64,000 bases of DNA, taken from Patescibacteria group bacterium (GTDB lineage Bacteria; Bacteroidota; Ignavibacteria; Kapaibacteriales; Kapaibacteriaceae). Made by a program: the position numbers and the translations under genes. The notes below the pieces were generated by a model, which was given only the letters and a program-made list of their open reading frames with translations, did not search any database and was not told the origin of the DNA. The stretch lies in the NCBI GenBank assembly GCA_044238605.1, contig JBIICY010000001.1:9433-73432 (forward strand), given 5' to 3'. Positions 25,307 to 37,061 of the stretch are shown piece by piece. How positions within the stretch are numbered: the stretch's first letter is position 1; the number at the start of each line of letters is the position of its first letter.

Positions 25307-25608
25307 AAGCAGATAAGCTACTCGAAGAACTTACAGCCCTAGCAAAATCGCTGGAATACACAGTGCGGCGCGAGCAAGGAACGTTCCGCGGCGGCGCATG
25401 CCTTGTCAAGGAACAGCGTCTTGTTATCATCAACCGGTCCATGCCTATAGAGGCAGCCTGTGTGATCCTGGCGCGCGCCATGTGTCAGTTCGTGCCCGAA
25501 GACATTTTTTTAAAGCCAGCTGTCCGGGAGATCATCGATCGTGAACGGGCATGGGTGGCCGCACATCCGGATGTGACGTTCGAGCCAACGTCGAAAGAGG
25601 CAGCGTGA
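25303..25608 (+). CDS. Hypothetical small protein
   Basis: ATGA-type overlaps with both neighbours suggest co-translation with era. Confidence 0.4.
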   Translation: MKADKLLEELTALAKSLEYTVRREQGTFRGGACLVKEQRLVIINRSMPIEAACVILARAMCQFVPEDIFLKPAVREIIDRERAWVAAHPDVTFEPTSKEAA

Positions 25609-26495
25609 CGAAGTACGCAACTGTTGCACTTATCGGGCGTCCAAACGCCGGCAAGTCCACGCTCATGAATGCTATCATGGAAATGCATCTGAGCATTGTG
25701 ACGAACAAACCGCAGACTACCCGGCGAAGGGTGCTTGGCATTGACACAAAGGACGATGCCCAGCTTGTGTTCTTGGATACGCCAGGAATCCTGAAGCCAA
25801 AGTACCGGCTTCAGCGCTCTATGATGGGGTTTGTAGACGAAGCACTAGACGAAGCAGATATCATCTGCGTTGTGGTGGATACACCGAAGGCCATTGAGCG
25901 GGGCAACATCCTGGACCCCATGTGGGCCGGCATCATCGAAAAGCGGAAGCGTCCAACCGTTCTCGTCCTCAATAAGATGGACGCAGTAAAGATCCGCAAG
26001 GAAGCACTTCCGTTGATGGAGCAGGCACGCACAAGTGGTCTCTTCGCAAAGGCTATCGCTCTATCAGCGAAGGGCAACACCTACGTCGAAGATCTCATGG
26101 CAATGCTCCGTGAGATTGCGCCTGAAGGCCCCTTTCAGTATGATTCTGAACTTGCTTCAGACCAAACGGACAGGTTCTTCGTCGCAGAATTCGTGCGCGA
26201 AGCTGTATTCAAACAATTCACCGAAGAAGTCCCCTACGCAACCGAGGTTATGATCACCGAGTTCAAAGAGCGCGAAGGGGGCAAGTGGTATATCTCTGCC
26301 GACGTGATCGTTGAGCGGGAGAATCAAAAAGCCATTCTTATCGGCGCAAAGGGTGCTGCACTCAAGCAGGTGGGATCGGCCGCACGCGCCACCATCGAAG
26401 CACACCTTGGGTATCCTGTCTTCCTCGAATTGTACGTTAAAGTGCGAAGCGACTGGCGCAATGATCGCGCCCAACTTGCGAGCATGGGATACTGA
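25605..26495 (+). CDS. era: GTPase Era
   Basis: I set a GTG start at VTKYATVALIGRPNAGKSTLMN (G1), followed by DTPG (G3), NKMD (G4) and a C-terminal KH domain. Confidence 0.85.
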   Translation: MTKYATVALIGRPNAGKSTLMNAIMEMHLSIVTNKPQTTRRRVLGIDTKDDAQLVFLDTPGILKPKYRLQRSMMGFVDEALDEADIICVVVDTPKAIERGNILDPMWAGIIEKRKRPTVLVLNKMDAVKIRKEALPLMEQARTSGLFAKAIALSAKGNTYVEDLMAMLREIAPEGPFQYDSELASDQTDRFFVAEFVREAVFKQFTEEVPYATEVMITEFKEREGGKWYISADVIVERENQKAILIGAKGAALKQVGSAARATIEAHLGYPVFLELYVKVRSDWRNDRAQLASMGY

Positions 26496-26500
26496 TCGGC

Positions 26501-27265
26501 ATGACGAACCTTCTCCGGCATCGCATTCTTCTTGTCATCGCAGGCATAAGTACTGCGCTGATGCTGCATGCGTGCTCGAGTGCAGAAGGGGCTGGTGCCA
26601 AGAAGTCCGTTGACGACATCTACTCGGCTGGCAAGAAATCATTCGATGACGGGAACTACCTTGATGCCCAGTCACAGTTTGATGTGATCAAGCTGCAGTA
26701 CCCTGCATCCCAGTATGCTGATGATGCTCAGTACTATACCGCTGAGATCAACTTTGAGCGTGGCGAGTACATCATGGCGGCCTTCAATTACAATCAGGTT
26801 CGCAGATCCTACCCATCAAGTGAGTTCGTCCGCGAGTCAATGTTCAAAGCCGCGCAGTGCTATGAGAAGATTGCGCTACCGGCTGACCGCGACCAGGAGA
26901 ACACTCGTAAGGCAATACAGGCGTATACGGACTTTCAGGCGCTATTCGTGCGTGATTCATTATCGCTCGAGGCATCGAAACGCATTCGCGAACTTCGTGA
27001 TCGTCTTGCAGAGCGCTTCTGGCTTATTGCCGATCACTATCTGCTAACGCTTTCGCGCAAAGCAGCCATGATTCAGCTTGACGCTATCGTTGATGAGTAT
27101 CCCGACACGAAATGGTTTGAGCCTGCGTTAGTAAAGAAGATTGAGTTGCTTACCGAGCTCGAGCGTATCGACGAAGCACGCACGGCTATTTCGACATATC
27201 GACGAACAGTAAAGCAACCTCAGCAGCAGGCTGTGGTTGATGCAATCGAACGAGGACTACGATGA
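26501..27265 (+). CDS. bamD: Outer membrane protein assembly factor BamD-like TPR lipoprotein
   Basis: Lipoprotein signal (LMLHACSS) and TPR repeats; its position next to era is typical. Confidence 0.55.
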   Translation: MTNLLRHRILLVIAGISTALMLHACSSAEGAGAKKSVDDIYSAGKKSFDDGNYLDAQSQFDVIKLQYPASQYADDAQYYTAEINFERGEYIMAAFNYNQVRRSYPSSEFVRESMFKAAQCYEKIALPADRDQENTRKAIQAYTDFQALFVRDSLSLEASKRIRELRDRLAERFWLIADHYLLTLSRKAAMIQLDAIVDEYPDTKWFEPALVKKIELLTELERIDEARTAISTYRRTVKQPQQQAVVDAIERGLR

Positions 27266-27741
27266 AGACTCCAGCAAACAGTCAGGTTGTCATGACGGAG
27301 CTTGTGCTCCCGAACGACACGAATTATCTCGGGAACCTGCTTGGCGGACGCCTCATGCATTGGGTGGACATTGCGGCTGCATTATCCGCGATGCGTCATT
27401 CCGGGAAGGTCTGTGTTACAGCTTCCGTAGACCAGATCACATTTGAAGAACCGATCAAGCTGGGTCACGTGGTCCACATCACGTCTATCCTAACGCGTGC
27501 ATTCAAAACGTCCATGGAAGTGTACGTTCAGGTAGAACGCGAAGACCCTCTTAACGGAACTCGCACGCGTACGTCTGAAGCGTACCTCACATTTGTGGCA
27601 ATTGACCAATACGGCAAGCCCCTTCCTGCTCCTGGACTTGTCGCTGAGACAGAGGAAGAAAAACACCGATTTGAAGAAGCGGCAATGCGCCGGGAAATCC
27701 GCCTGCGTGCGCGTGAAGCAATGAAAGCGCGCCGGGGATGA
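27262..27741 (+). CDS. Acyl-CoA thioesterase (hotdog fold, YciA-like)
   Basis: VMTELVLPNDTNYLGNLLGGRLMHWVDIAAA...VTASVDQITFEEPIKLGHVVHI. Confidence 0.7.
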   Translation: MKTPANSQVVMTELVLPNDTNYLGNLLGGRLMHWVDIAAALSAMRHSGKVCVTASVDQITFEEPIKLGHVVHITSILTRAFKTSMEVYVQVEREDPLNGTRTRTSEAYLTFVAIDQYGKPLPAPGLVAETEEEKHRFEEAAMRREIRLRAREAMKARRG

Positions 27742-29015
27742 TTGGCCGGCTGATTGGACTGCTGCTCCTGGTAAGCATGCGCCTTTCAGCGCAGGATGGC
27801 GATGTAGTGCTTCGCTACATACGAAGCTATGGGGCTAATGATGAACGTCTGCCTCCCGTGGTTATTCTGAATTCGACAGAGTCAAATGACGTTGGCTCGG
27901 AGTACGTAACCGTCGAGTTTGATGTCTCTGCGCAGTCAATTCCAAACGTGTATGCGCGTATCACCCACTGCACCGCAGATTGGCAGCCGTCTGACAACGG
28001 CTTTCTCAATGACATCACCAACCGAACAAGTCTTGCCGACTGGGTAATAGCACCGGAGCGCTCAAAGTACTCGCGATATCGTGGCAAGATGGTCTTTCCC
28101 AACCCGCAGACATCTATCCGGTTCTCGGGTAACTGGAAAGTAACATTGTATAGTTTGGATAACGACTCCGTGATCGGCGAGACGAAGTTCTTTGCCGTTG
28201 ATGCCCGGGCGTCAATGAGAATGTCGTTCATGACAGATTTTTATCAGCCCCGTTTTCAGGTATCCTCGATAGCCTACACCATTGAAGCTCGTATCTCAGA
28301 CCGTACGAGCAAACTCCTGAGCACGAACCTTCATACGCTGGCAATGTATAGGAATCACCGTTGGAACGAGCCGTTCTACGCTAGCGAGCGTTTGCTATCG
28401 GCAGGCAACTCCAGTGGCGTTGGCAGCGCTGTTGTTGGCATGGTGCAAAGCGGAAAGGTCTTTCGGTTAGAGCGCATCCCTGCACAAAACGAATACCGCA
28501 TTCTAGATCTCACGGACATGTCGCGCTATCCATTTGTCGGGGCACCCGTACGTATGCCTATGTCGGACATGCGAAGAAACGGGACATTTTTCGAGCGCGC
28601 TGATGACGGCGCGATGACCTCCATGGGTATTGTCGGAGCCAATGATGAATTCGTACCTATCGAGATCCTTCTCGACCCCAACCCCGGAGGGCTGAGCAGA
28701 GAGGATGTGTTTGTGGCCGGATCATTCAACAACTGGAAGCCGGACAAGACCTGGATGATGTGGTACGACGAATCCATGAATCTCTACCGCCTGCGCCAAT
28801 GGATGCGCAGAGGACGTCACAACTACCTCTATGCCACGGGGCGTCTCAACGCCGATACAGACCAGATCATGGATCTGAGCTACGAAGAATTCGAGGGCAA
28901 CACCGCATCTGCAAACAACTCTTTCATCGGCTTTGCCTACTACCGCGAACTCGACTACGGCGGCTACGACGGCATCGTTGCAGTGGGCGCTAGCACGATG
29001 TATTTGGGAAGATGA
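27738..29015 (+). CDS. Hypothetical secreted protein (425 aa)
   Basis: N-terminal signal peptide; no motif recognised by eye. A family conserved near ruvB in Bacteroidota-like genomes is possible but unverified. Confidence 0.45.
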   Translation: MIGRLIGLLLLVSMRLSAQDGDVVLRYIRSYGANDERLPPVVILNSTESNDVGSEYVTVEFDVSAQSIPNVYARITHCTADWQPSDNGFLNDITNRTSLADWVIAPERSKYSRYRGKMVFPNPQTSIRFSGNWKVTLYSLDNDSVIGETKFFAVDARASMRMSFMTDFYQPRFQVSSIAYTIEARISDRTSKLLSTNLHTLAMYRNHRWNEPFYASERLLSAGNSSGVGSAVVGMVQSGKVFRLERIPAQNEYRILDLTDMSRYPFVGAPVRMPMSDMRRNGTFFERADDGAMTSMGIVGANDEFVPIEILLDPNPGGLSREDVFVAGSFNNWKPDKTWMMWYDESMNLYRLRQWMRRGRHNYLYATGRLNADTDQIMDLSYEEFEGNTASANNSFIGFAYYRELDYGGYDGIVAVGASTMYLGR

Positions 29016-29078
29016 GGGAACAGGGACTAGGGACTAGGGACCAGGGACTAGGGACGGTACCTAGTACCTTGTACCTAG
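29016..29078. repeat. Intergenic copy of the 9-mer-armed palindromic element (gggactagg x4 ... ggtacctagtaccttgtacctag)
   Basis: Direct reading. It lies upstream of ruvB, and the ORF-track N-terminal extension of ruvB reads through it. Confidence 0.75.
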
Positions 29079-29101
29079 CAAACTCTACATACTTTTGCCA
29101 C

Positions 29102-30127
29102 ATGACTCGCAAGCACCCACAAGTAGATCCCCACAAGATGGACGACGATGTTGACGCATCACTTCGCCCCCTATCATTTGATGATTTTACGGGGCAGCCG
29201 AAGATCGTGGAGAACCTAAAGATCTTTATTGCTGCTGCTAAGGGGCGCGGCGAGGCATTGGATCATGTCTTATTGACCGGGCCGCCGGGGCTTGGCAAGA
29301 CAACGCTATCGCACATCATAGCGCGTGAGATGGGTGCTCAAATCAAGATTACGTCGGGTCCGGTGCTTGAGAAGCCTGGAGACTTGGCTGGACTTCTGAC
29401 AAGTCTTGACGAAAACGACATCCTCTTTATCGACGAGATCCATCGGTTGTCTCCAGTAGTTGAAGAGTACTTGTACTCGGCCATGGAGGACTTCCGACTC
29501 GACATCATGATCGACTCGGGTCCGGCAGCACGCTCCGTGCAGCTTGCCATCCCACGCTTTACGCTTGTTGGTGCAACAACGCGACAAGGCTTACTGACTG
29601 CCCCATTGCGCTCGCGCTTTGGTATTACCAATCGCCTTGACTACTACGATGCAGAAGAGCTCGCACGCGTGATAACACGCAGCGCCCACCTGCTGGGGGC
29701 TGAGATCGACCCGCAAGGGGCTCATGAACTTGCACGCCGTGCACGAGGCACCCCACGCATTGCGAACAGACTTCTGCGTCGCACTCGTGACTTTGCAGAC
29801 GTTAAGGGTACGGGTGTTATCACCCGAGACATCGCGCGCATTGCCCTCGAAGCTCTCGAGGTTGACGAGTTTGGTCTCGACGAAATGGACACGCGCGTAA
29901 TCCTTGCACTGATCGAGAAGTTCGGTGGTGGACCTGTTGGCATCTCTACGCTCGCTGTTGCCGTTGGTGAGGATTCCGGAACGCTCGAAGAAGTCTACGA
30001 GCCGTTTCTGATTCAGCAGGGATTTCTGCAGAGAACACCACGTGGACGCATTGCCACACCCCTTGCATACAGGCACATGGGTCTGCAGCCACCGAAACCA
30101 GATGCTCCCCTGTTCGATCCTGCGTAA
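29102..30127 (+). CDS. ruvB: Holliday junction branch migration helicase RuvB
   Basis: [18 protein letters not shown]...[18 protein letters not shown] (Walker A), DEIHRL (Walker B). I set the start at MTRKHPQ, downstream of the repeat element; an alternative start is MDDDVD at 29138. Confidence 0.9.
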   Translation: MTRKHPQVDPHKMDDDVDASLRPLSFDDFTGQPKIVENLKIFIAAAKGRGEALDHVLLTGPPGLGKTTLSHIIAREMGAQIKITSGPVLEKPGDLAGLLTSLDENDILFIDEIHRLSPVVEEYLYSAMEDFRLDIMIDSGPAARSVQLAIPRFTLVGATTRQGLLTAPLRSRFGITNRLDYYDAEELARVITRSAHLLGAEIDPQGAHELARRARGTPRIANRLLRRTRDFADVKGTGVITRDIARIALEALEVDEFGLDEMDTRVILALIEKFGGGPVGISTLAVAVGEDSGTLEEVYEPFLIQQGFLQRTPRGRIATPLAYRHMGLQPPKPDAPLFDPA

Positions 30128-30138
30128 ATTCGCAGCAT

Positions 30139-31605
30139 ATGAGCAAAGACATAACCTCCCGCAGCGAAGATTATTCACAGTGGTACATCGACCTTGTCCG
30201 CAAGGCCGGCCTAGCTGATTACTCAGCCGTCAAAGGCTGCATGGTGATCAAGCCCTATGGCTTTGCCATCTGGGAGAACATGCGCGATACACTCGATCGG
30301 ATGTTCAAAGAAACCGGACACGTTAATGCGTACTTCCCGCTCTTCATCCCGAAGAGCTTCTTAAGCAAGGAAGCGGCGCACGTTGAAGGCTTCGCCAAGG
30401 AGTGTGCAGTTGTAACGCACTATCGTTTGAAGAATGCCGAAGACGGCAGTGGCGTCGTGGTGGACCCCGATGCGCGCCTCGAAGAAGAACTCATCGTGCG
30501 TCCAACGTCTGAGACGATCATCTGGAACACCTATCGCGACTGGATTCAATCCTACCGCGACCTGCCGTTGCTCATCAATCAGTGGGCCAATGTTGTCCGC
30601 TGGGAAATGCGCACACGCCTCTTCCTGCGCACAGCTGAGTTCCTCTGGCAAGAAGGCCACACGGCCCACGCCACGCGTGAAGAAGCCATCGAAGAAACAC
30701 GGAAGATGCTGGACGTCTACGCAACGTTCGCCGAAGAGTGGATGGCACTTCCAGTTGTGAAGGGTGTAAAGACGGCAAACGAGCGTTTTGCTGGCGCGGA
30801 AGACACCTACTGCATCGAGGCACTCATGCAGGACGGTAAAGCGTTGCAGGCAGGAACATCACACTTCCTGGGTCAGAACTTTGCTAAGGCGTTTGATGTG
30901 CAGTTCTCGTCAAAAGAAGGCACACTCGAATACGTATGGGCTACCTCATGGGGCGTATCAACACGTCTGATGGGCGCTCTCGTGATGGCCCACTCTGACG
31001 ATGAAGGCCTGATGATTCCGCCGAAGATCGCGCCGCATCAGGTTGTGATTGTGCCGATACCAAAGCCCCTTGCCGAACTTGACGAGGCGATCAACAACGT
31101 TGCCAAGGAACTCCGTGCTCGCGGTATTCGTGTAAAGATCGACACCGACGATCAGAATCGTCCGGGCTACAAGTTTGCCGAGTATGAAAAGATCGGCATC
31201 CCTGTCCGCCTAGCCGTTGGTGCGCGCGACCTTGCAGCGGGCACCATCGAAGTTGCTCGTCGTGACACGCGCGAGAAAACCAGCGTGGCTCTTGAGGGCA
31301 TTGGCGAGTACGTTGCTACCCTTCTTGATGAAATTCAGCTCAATCTCTTTGAGCGCGCGAAGACCTACCGTGATGAGCACATCACGCGTGTTGATACATG
31401 GGATGAATTCGTGAAAGCCCTTGATGAGAAAGGGGGCTTTATCAGCGCTCATTGGGACGGCACAGGAGAGACAGAAGACTTGATCAAGGATGAGACCAAG
31501 GCAACGATCCGCTGCATTCCGCTGAACAATCCGCAGGAAGATGGCCTCTGCGTGCGCACAGGCAAGCCAAGCACACAGCGTGTGTTGTTTGCGCGGGCGT
31601 ATTGA
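30139..31605 (+). CDS. proS: Proline--tRNA ligase (archaeal/eukaryotic-type class II)
   Basis: [29 protein letters not shown]...; the class II motifs and C-terminal zinc-binding-domain layout are typical of the ProRS found in Bacteroidota. Confidence 0.9.
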   Translation: MSKDITSRSEDYSQWYIDLVRKAGLADYSAVKGCMVIKPYGFAIWENMRDTLDRMFKETGHVNAYFPLFIPKSFLSKEAAHVEGFAKECAVVTHYRLKNAEDGSGVVVDPDARLEEELIVRPTSETIIWNTYRDWIQSYRDLPLLINQWANVVRWEMRTRLFLRTAEFLWQEGHTAHATREEAIEETRKMLDVYATFAEEWMALPVVKGVKTANERFAGAEDTYCIEALMQDGKALQAGTSHFLGQNFAKAFDVQFSSKEGTLEYVWATSWGVSTRLMGALVMAHSDDEGLMIPPKIAPHQVVIVPIPKPLAELDEAINNVAKELRARGIRVKIDTDDQNRPGYKFAEYEKIGIPVRLAVGARDLAAGTIEVARRDTREKTSVALEGIGEYVATLLDEIQLNLFERAKTYRDEHITRVDTWDEFVKALDEKGGFISAHWDGTGETEDLIKDETKATIRCIPLNNPQEDGLCVRTGKPSTQRVLFARAY

Positions 31606-31627
31606 GACATCGAAGGAGTTTGGTGCT

Positions 31628-32704
31628 ATGAGGGCACTTAGCATTGCTGTCGTAGCTCTGATGCTCATGCAGCAGCGAGTGGCAATCTGCAGTGAGGCAG
31701 ACAGCATGTCCGTAACTGTTTCGCTGCTCGCAGACATGGTGTATTCCTCATCGAATGCAACGTTTGAAAACAACACGAGGTTGTTTACGCTTCAGCCCTC
31801 GGTGGACAGAACAGTGGGCCTTATGCAGGGGCAGATAAAAGTAGCTGGAACATCACGTTCTTTGTGGTGGAACCTCACAATCCAGGAGGGATGGTTTACC
31901 AAGGCCAACTACCTCGGTGAAGATGCAAAATGGCGTTTCCTACAGGAAGCATCGGTGCACGGCCGCGTGAGTGACAAGCTCGTCATCCGTGCTGGTGTAA
32001 TGCCATCACACATTGGTTACGAATCAATGATCGCTCGCGAAAACATCACGCTTTCGCGGTCGTTCACGGCAGATAACACGCCCTACTACGAAACTGGTGT
32101 AGCTGCACGATATGAAGCACAGGACAACCTGACGGTGCAGTTTCTTGTGCTCAATGGATGGCAGCGCATTGTTGACAACAACGACGACATCTCCTGTGGC
32201 ACCAGTGTAAGCTATGTTCCCCATCCAAAGCTTGAGATGTCATGGAACACATATCTTGGAAATGATCAGCCAAGAGGTTCGGCAAAACTCTTGCGCCTGC
32301 ACAACAACTTCTGGACATCTATCAATCTAACCGAAGAGCTTACGCTTGTAGGATTGCTGGATGTGGGTATTCAGGAGCGAGCACAACAAGGTACAAGCCA
32401 ACAGTGGTATGCTGGTGCAGTAGCACGGTATAGCATCACCGAGAACCTGCGCATTGCTGGTCGCATTGAGCATTATTCAGATCCAGATGCCTTCATTGTA
32501 CAGACTCCGCTCGGTGGATCGTTTACTGCATCTGCTGCATCGATCAATGCAGACTTCCGTCTTCTGACAAATCTCCTCATCCGAGGTGAGTGGCGGACTA
32601 TTCACTACAACGACGCATTTCTTAACAGGCAGACAGCCACGCCAAGATCTTCTGAGTCGTACGTTACGTTGTCGATATCAACAGCATTTGGGAATCCGTT
32701 ATGA
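31628..32704 (+). CDS. Putative outer-membrane beta-barrel protein / porin
   Basis: Signal peptide (start at MRALSIAVVALMLMQQ), alternating amphipathic beta-strand pattern, and a C-terminal aromatic-rich segment. Confidence 0.4.
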   Translation: MRALSIAVVALMLMQQRVAICSEADSMSVTVSLLADMVYSSSNATFENNTRLFTLQPSVDRTVGLMQGQIKVAGTSRSLWWNLTIQEGWFTKANYLGEDAKWRFLQEASVHGRVSDKLVIRAGVMPSHIGYESMIARENITLSRSFTADNTPYYETGVAARYEAQDNLTVQFLVLNGWQRIVDNNDDISCGTSVSYVPHPKLEMSWNTYLGNDQPRGSAKLLRLHNNFWTSINLTEELTLVGLLDVGIQERAQQGTSQQWYAGAVARYSITENLRIAGRIEHYSDPDAFIVQTPLGGSFTASAASINADFRLLTNLLIRGEWRTIHYNDAFLNRQTATPRSSESYVTLSISTAFGNPL

Positions 32705-33612
32705 AGTACATTCTAGCCCTCTTCGGTATCGCCCTTGTTGGCTGCGCGTCTGCGCGAAAAGAGCCCCTTCCCAACACCCAGATCTGGATTGCGAAGTTCG
32801 ACGAGCGTACGCTTGAAGTCAGCGATGTACGACAGATCACCTTTGGCAAAGGATATAAGAACCAGCCATGCTTTAGCAACGATAGCAAGTATCTGCTCTA
32901 TGCATCGGATGAGGATGGCAGCGGATCACCCGATGTTATGAAGTACGATCTTCAACGAGATTCTGCAATGCAGATCACATCGACAGATGCATCAGAGTTT
33001 TCACCAACGCCAACAGCCAATGGCAGATTCACGGCCATACATGTTGCCAAACCCAATGCCGAAGGCGAAGCATACACAGAGTCTCAAGAACTCTGGGAAT
33101 ACGATTCATCAGGTAAGGGGCTTGGACCGATCATCCCGGCAACACGCGTTGGATATCATGCATGGCTTGATCAGAATCATGCAGCCGTATTCATTGTTGG
33201 CAGTGAGGATGCGAAGGTTCCACACAAGCTTGTTGTCTATAATACTGTGGACTCAACCAAACTGGACGTAGCAACGAACATTGGCCGCTGTATCAAGCGC
33301 GCACCCAACGGCATGCTTACCTATGTCGATAAATCAGATTCCACTGCCTACAAGATCATCGCAACAGCTGGGGATAATCAGAGCGGCGATACACTCGTTA
33401 CCCTGCCAAAGGGCACCGAAGACTTCTGCTGGATGTATGAGGGTACGATCTTTACCTTCGCGAATGGAACGCTGTATGGGTGCGCTACGTACAATCAGCC
33501 TCGCACATGGAAGCCATTTGTTTCTCCCTATGTTGACGGCACGATCAGCCGGCTTGTCATGAGTCCCGACAGCAAGTTTTTTGCCTGGGTGGTGAAGAAG
33601 AACAGCGAGTAG
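32701..33612 (+). CDS. Lipoprotein with TolB-like beta-propeller repeats
   Basis: Lipobox LVGCAS; WD40-like beta-propeller-style repeats (YLLYASDEDGSG..., FTAIHVAKPNAEGE...). Confidence 0.45.
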   Translation: MKYILALFGIALVGCASARKEPLPNTQIWIAKFDERTLEVSDVRQITFGKGYKNQPCFSNDSKYLLYASDEDGSGSPDVMKYDLQRDSAMQITSTDASEFSPTPTANGRFTAIHVAKPNAEGEAYTESQELWEYDSSGKGLGPIIPATRVGYHAWLDQNHAAVFIVGSEDAKVPHKLVVYNTVDSTKLDVATNIGRCIKRAPNGMLTYVDKSDSTAYKIIATAGDNQSGDTLVTLPKGTEDFCWMYEGTIFTFANGTLYGCATYNQPRTWKPFVSPYVDGTISRLVMSPDSKFFAWVVKKNSE

Positions 33613-33630
33613 CGCATAAACAAAAAGGGC

Positions 33631-33752
33631 AAGCCACCGGCTCGCCCTTTTGATTTTTCTCGATATCTGGGCACGATGTATCGTGCGGCTATGTGTTTCT
33701 CGCTGTTTCGGCACGATACATCGTGCCGCTATCTTGCTACTCGCTACTCGCT
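33631..33752. repeat. Cluster of hairpins: gggcaagccaccggctcgccc (terminator-like, followed by a T-run), two cacgat(g/a)tatcgtg palindromes, then a cgctactcg microsatellite
   Basis: Direct reading. It sits between the convergent genes 32701-33612 (+) and 33755-34117 (-). Confidence 0.7.
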
Positions 33753-33754
33753 GC

Positions 33755-34117
33755 TCACTCTTCCGTGTACAACGTCGAATTGTCTACGTAGATCAAATAA
33801 TCTTTGATCTTGCCGTCTACCATGTTGAACACGTTTGCAAATGGCACTTGAAGCGTGGAGCCGCTGTGACGTGTGTATGTAACGGTGCCCTCTGTCAGAA
33901 CGAAACCATCGCCTTCGCGTACGTTGAGGTCTGAGTGCTTGATGGCTGCGATGCTCTGGAACCATCCCTCGAGGAAGGCCACGATCGTATCCTTGCCTAC
34001 AACTGCTGGGTGATTTGCGAAACGGAACTGTGCGTCATCTGTCAAGAACGTACCGAACAGGACATGATCCTTTGCATCGATACCATTGAACAACACCGAA
34101 AAATCTGGGTTTGCCAT
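33755..34117 (-). CDS. SnoaL-like / NTF2-like domain protein
   Basis: 120 aa with alpha+beta cone-type composition (FLEGWFQSIAAIKHSDLNVREGDGFVLTEGTVTYTRHSG). Confidence 0.5.
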   Translation of the reverse strand: MANPDFSVLFNGIDAKDHVLFGTFLTDDAQFRFANHPAVVGKDTIVAFLEGWFQSIAAIKHSDLNVREGDGFVLTEGTVTYTRHSGSTLQVPFANVFNMVDGKIKDYLIYVDNSTLYTEE

Positions 34118-34266
34118 GGGGCTGATTCCTATACGATGAAAAATTTGACCTAAAGCGCTGATAACTCGAAACTACGAACTTTGGTTCCGTTTCCGACCAG
34201 CGGGTCGGGATGAGCAGCGAGCAGCGAACAGCGAGCTGCTCCCTTCTTCCGTATCTTTGCTCACTT

Positions 34267-36066
34267 ATGCAGAACTACCGCAACTTTTGCATCATTGCGC
34301 ACATTGACCACGGAAAGTCCACCCTGGCAGACAGGTTGTTGGAGCGTACCGGACGGGTCTCGGCGCGTGAGATGACGATGAATCAAATCCTTGATGACAA
34401 TCCGCTCGAACAGGAACGCGGGATTACCATCAAGCTGCACGCCATTCAGATGGACTACAAGGCCAAAAATGGCGAGACGTACAAGCTCAACCTGATCGAT
34501 ACTCCTGGCCACGTAGACTTTTCATACGAAGTGTCTCGCTCACTGAGTGCCTGCGAAGGGGCACTGCTGGTCGTAGATGCTACGCAGGGTGTTGAGGCTC
34601 AGACGATATCAAACTTGTTTATGGCCATTGATCAGGGTCTCGAGATCATTCCGGTCATTAACAAGATTGACCTCCCGAGTGCCGTCACAACAATCGAGAA
34701 TGTGAAGAAACAGGTGATGGACCTGATCGGCTGCAAGGAAGAAGATATGATCCTTGCATCTGCGAAGGCAGGCATTGGAATCGACGAGATCCTTGAGGCT
34801 GTTGTTGATCGCGTACCAGCGCCTAAGGGCGACCCCAAAGCCCCGTTGCGCGCGCTCATCTACGACTCCGTATTCGATGCCTATCGCGGTGTTATTGTCT
34901 ACGTGCGCGTTATCGACGGCACAATGCGTGAGAAGGATAAGATCCTTTTCATGGCAACCGGGCAGACGTACGATCTGGACGAGGTGGGCGTGCTCTTTAT
35001 GCAGCGTCAGCGGACAGGTGTGCTCTCGGCTGGTGACGTAGGCTACTTTACTGCAGCCATTCGTAAGCTGCAGGATACGAAGGTGGGCGATACCGTTACG
35101 CTTGCATCCAACCCAACAACAGAAATGATTTCGGGCTTCCGCGAAGTAAAGCCGATGGTCTTCAGCGGTATCTATCCTGCCGACAGTGATGATTTCGAAG
35201 ATCTCCGCGAGGCGCTCGGCAAGCTTTCGCTCAACGACTCCGCGATTACCTTCGAGCCTGAATCTTCAAGTGCTCTTGGGTTTGGCTTCCGTTGCGGATT
35301 CCTTGGTCTGTTACACATGGAGATCGTCCAGGAACGCCTCGAGCGTGAGTTCAATCAGACGATCGTTACCACGGTTCCGAACGTTCAGTATAAGGTTATC
35401 ACAACACGCGACGAAGTTCTCTGGGTTGATAACCCTGCGCAATTGCCGAATCCAACGCTGATCAACGAGATACAAGAGCCATACATCCGAGCACAGATCA
35501 TCGCGCCGTCGGAATACGTTGGCACGATTATGAAGCTCTGTATGGAGCGTCGCGGACAGATGCTGGGTCAGTCCTATCTCTCTGCCGACCGTGTAGATAT
35601 GACCTTCGAGCTACCGCTTGGAGAGGTCGTATTCGACTTCTACGATAAGCTCAAGTCGAACACACGGGGCTATGCATCACTTGATTACGAATACGCTGAC
35701 TACAAAGCCGGCGAGCTTGTTCGAATGGACATTCTCCTTAACGGCGAGCAGGTAGATGCGCTCAGTTCTATTGTGCACCGTCAGAAGGCCCATGAATGGG
35801 GCAAGAAGCTCTGCACAAAGCTTCGCGAACTTATCCCACGGCAGATGTTCGACGTAGCCATCCAGGCTGCTATCGGTGCAAAGATCATTGCACGCGAGTC
35901 CATCAGCGCCATGCGCAAGAACGTTTTGGCAAAGTGCTATGGTGGAGATATTTCCCGTAAGCGCAAGCTTATCGAGAAGCAGAAGGAAGGTAAGAAGCGT
36001 ATGAAACAGGTTGGTAAGGTGGAGATCCCACAGGAAGCATTTCACGCTGTTCTTTCATTGGATTAA
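34267..36066 (+). CDS. lepA: Elongation factor 4
   Basis: [20 protein letters not shown] (G1), DTPGHVDF (G3), NKID (G4) and the LepA C-terminal domain. I set the start at MQNYRNF. Confidence 0.9.
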   Translation: MQNYRNFCIIAHIDHGKSTLADRLLERTGRVSAREMTMNQILDDNPLEQERGITIKLHAIQMDYKAKNGETYKLNLIDTPGHVDFSYEVSRSLSACEGALLVVDATQGVEAQTISNLFMAIDQGLEIIPVINKIDLPSAVTTIENVKKQVMDLIGCKEEDMILASAKAGIGIDEILEAVVDRVPAPKGDPKAPLRALIYDSVFDAYRGVIVYVRVIDGTMREKDKILFMATGQTYDLDEVGVLFMQRQRTGVLSAGDVGYFTAAIRKLQDTKVGDTVTLASNPTTEMISGFREVKPMVFSGIYPADSDDFEDLREALGKLSLNDSAITFEPESSSALGFGFRCGFLGLLHMEIVQERLEREFNQTIVTTVPNVQYKVITTRDEVLWVDNPAQLPNPTLINEIQEPYIRAQIIAPSEYVGTIMKLCMERRGQMLGQSYLSADRVDMTFELPLGEVVFDFYDKLKSNTRGYASLDYEYADYKAGELVRMDILLNGEQVDALSSIVHRQKAHEWGKKLCTKLRELIPRQMFDVAIQAAIGAKIIARESISAMRKNVLAKCYGGDISRKRKLIEKQKEGKKRMKQVGKVEIPQEAFHAVLSLD

Positions 36067-36069
36067 TCT

Positions 36070-37044
36070 ATGTCGCTTGCCGAATGGTTCTACGACCTAC
36101 TCCCAGATGCAATTGGTTCGTTTCTGAAGCGCAGACGCGACAAGCGTCTGAATGCTCCCAAGCCGGAGACATTTGTCGAGCATATCGTTGCATGGATCAA
36201 GACCCTCGTCAGGGCCGTGTTGGTCGTTACGATCGTAAACGGCTTAGCACTGGCATCATTCGTTGTGCCAACAGGTTCGATGGAAAGTACGGTGATGGCG
36301 GGCGACTTCCTGTTCGTCAACAAGTTTATCTATGGTCCGTCAACTCCACAGATCATCCCCTTCATTAACCAGCCCCTTCCCTACTACAAGCTCCCACCGA
36401 TCTGGAAGCCTGAGCAGGGAGATGTAATCGTGTTTGTGTTTCCCGGGAATCGGGATGAAGCAAAGCCTCAAAATTTCGAGTACTACCTTAAGCGCTGCAT
36501 TGCAGTGGCGGGGGACAAGCTCGAGATCAAGGGCGGCAGGATCTATGTGAACGGGGCGGAATACCCGCTGCCCGAACACGGACAGTTCTTTGCATGGCCC
36601 CCTGAGATCCGTCAGCAGATCTATGAAAGCGACAGGGCATCGACGTTCCCGCCAGGACGCGGCTACACTCGCGATGATTATGGTCCGATTCGCATTCCGA
36701 AAGAGGGCGACGTAATCAAGCTCACGGAGCAAAACTTCAATGAGTGGGCAGTCTTTATCGGACGCGAGGGACACACCGTTGATGCCTATGCGCGTACGAT
36801 CGACGGCGCTCCAGCAACGTCGTATACTGTTAAGCGTGATTACGTATTCGGCATGGGAGATAATCGAGACAATTCACTCGATTCCCGTTTCTGGGGCTTT
36901 ATCCCAGAAGAGGACGTCGTGGGTACGCCTGTGGTTGTCTATTGGTCTTGGGAACCAGATGATGCCCAAACAGGCAAGCGCCTCTCCCTGGGACAGCGAT
37001 TTAAGTCGATACGGTGGAGTCGGCTCGGCACGCTTATTCACTAA
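36070..37044 (+). CDS. lepB: Signal peptidase I
   Basis: The Ser box VPTGSMESTVMAGDFLFVNKF, the Lys box YLKRCIAVAGD, and GDNRDNSLDSRFWGF. Confidence 0.85.
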   Translation: MSLAEWFYDLLPDAIGSFLKRRRDKRLNAPKPETFVEHIVAWIKTLVRAVLVVTIVNGLALASFVVPTGSMESTVMAGDFLFVNKFIYGPSTPQIIPFINQPLPYYKLPPIWKPEQGDVIVFVFPGNRDEAKPQNFEYYLKRCIAVAGDKLEIKGGRIYVNGAEYPLPEHGQFFAWPPEIRQQIYESDRASTFPPGRGYTRDDYGPIRIPKEGDVIKLTEQNFNEWAVFIGREGHTVDAYARTIDGAPATSYTVKRDYVFGMGDNRDNSLDSRFWGFIPEEDVVGTPVVVYWSWEPDDAQTGKRLSLGQRFKSIRWSRLGTLIH

Positions 37045-37061
37045 CGCGCAACAACGCTTCT

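Noticed and set aside
34150-34170. A shared 13-mer tgataactcgaaa lies upstream of lepA (34157) and upstream of the SIS isomerase gene (63640), a possible promoter motif.
   Set aside because: Dozens of 13-mer coincidences are expected by chance in 64 kb on two strands. Only two copies, with different spacing to the start codons, is insufficient evidence.
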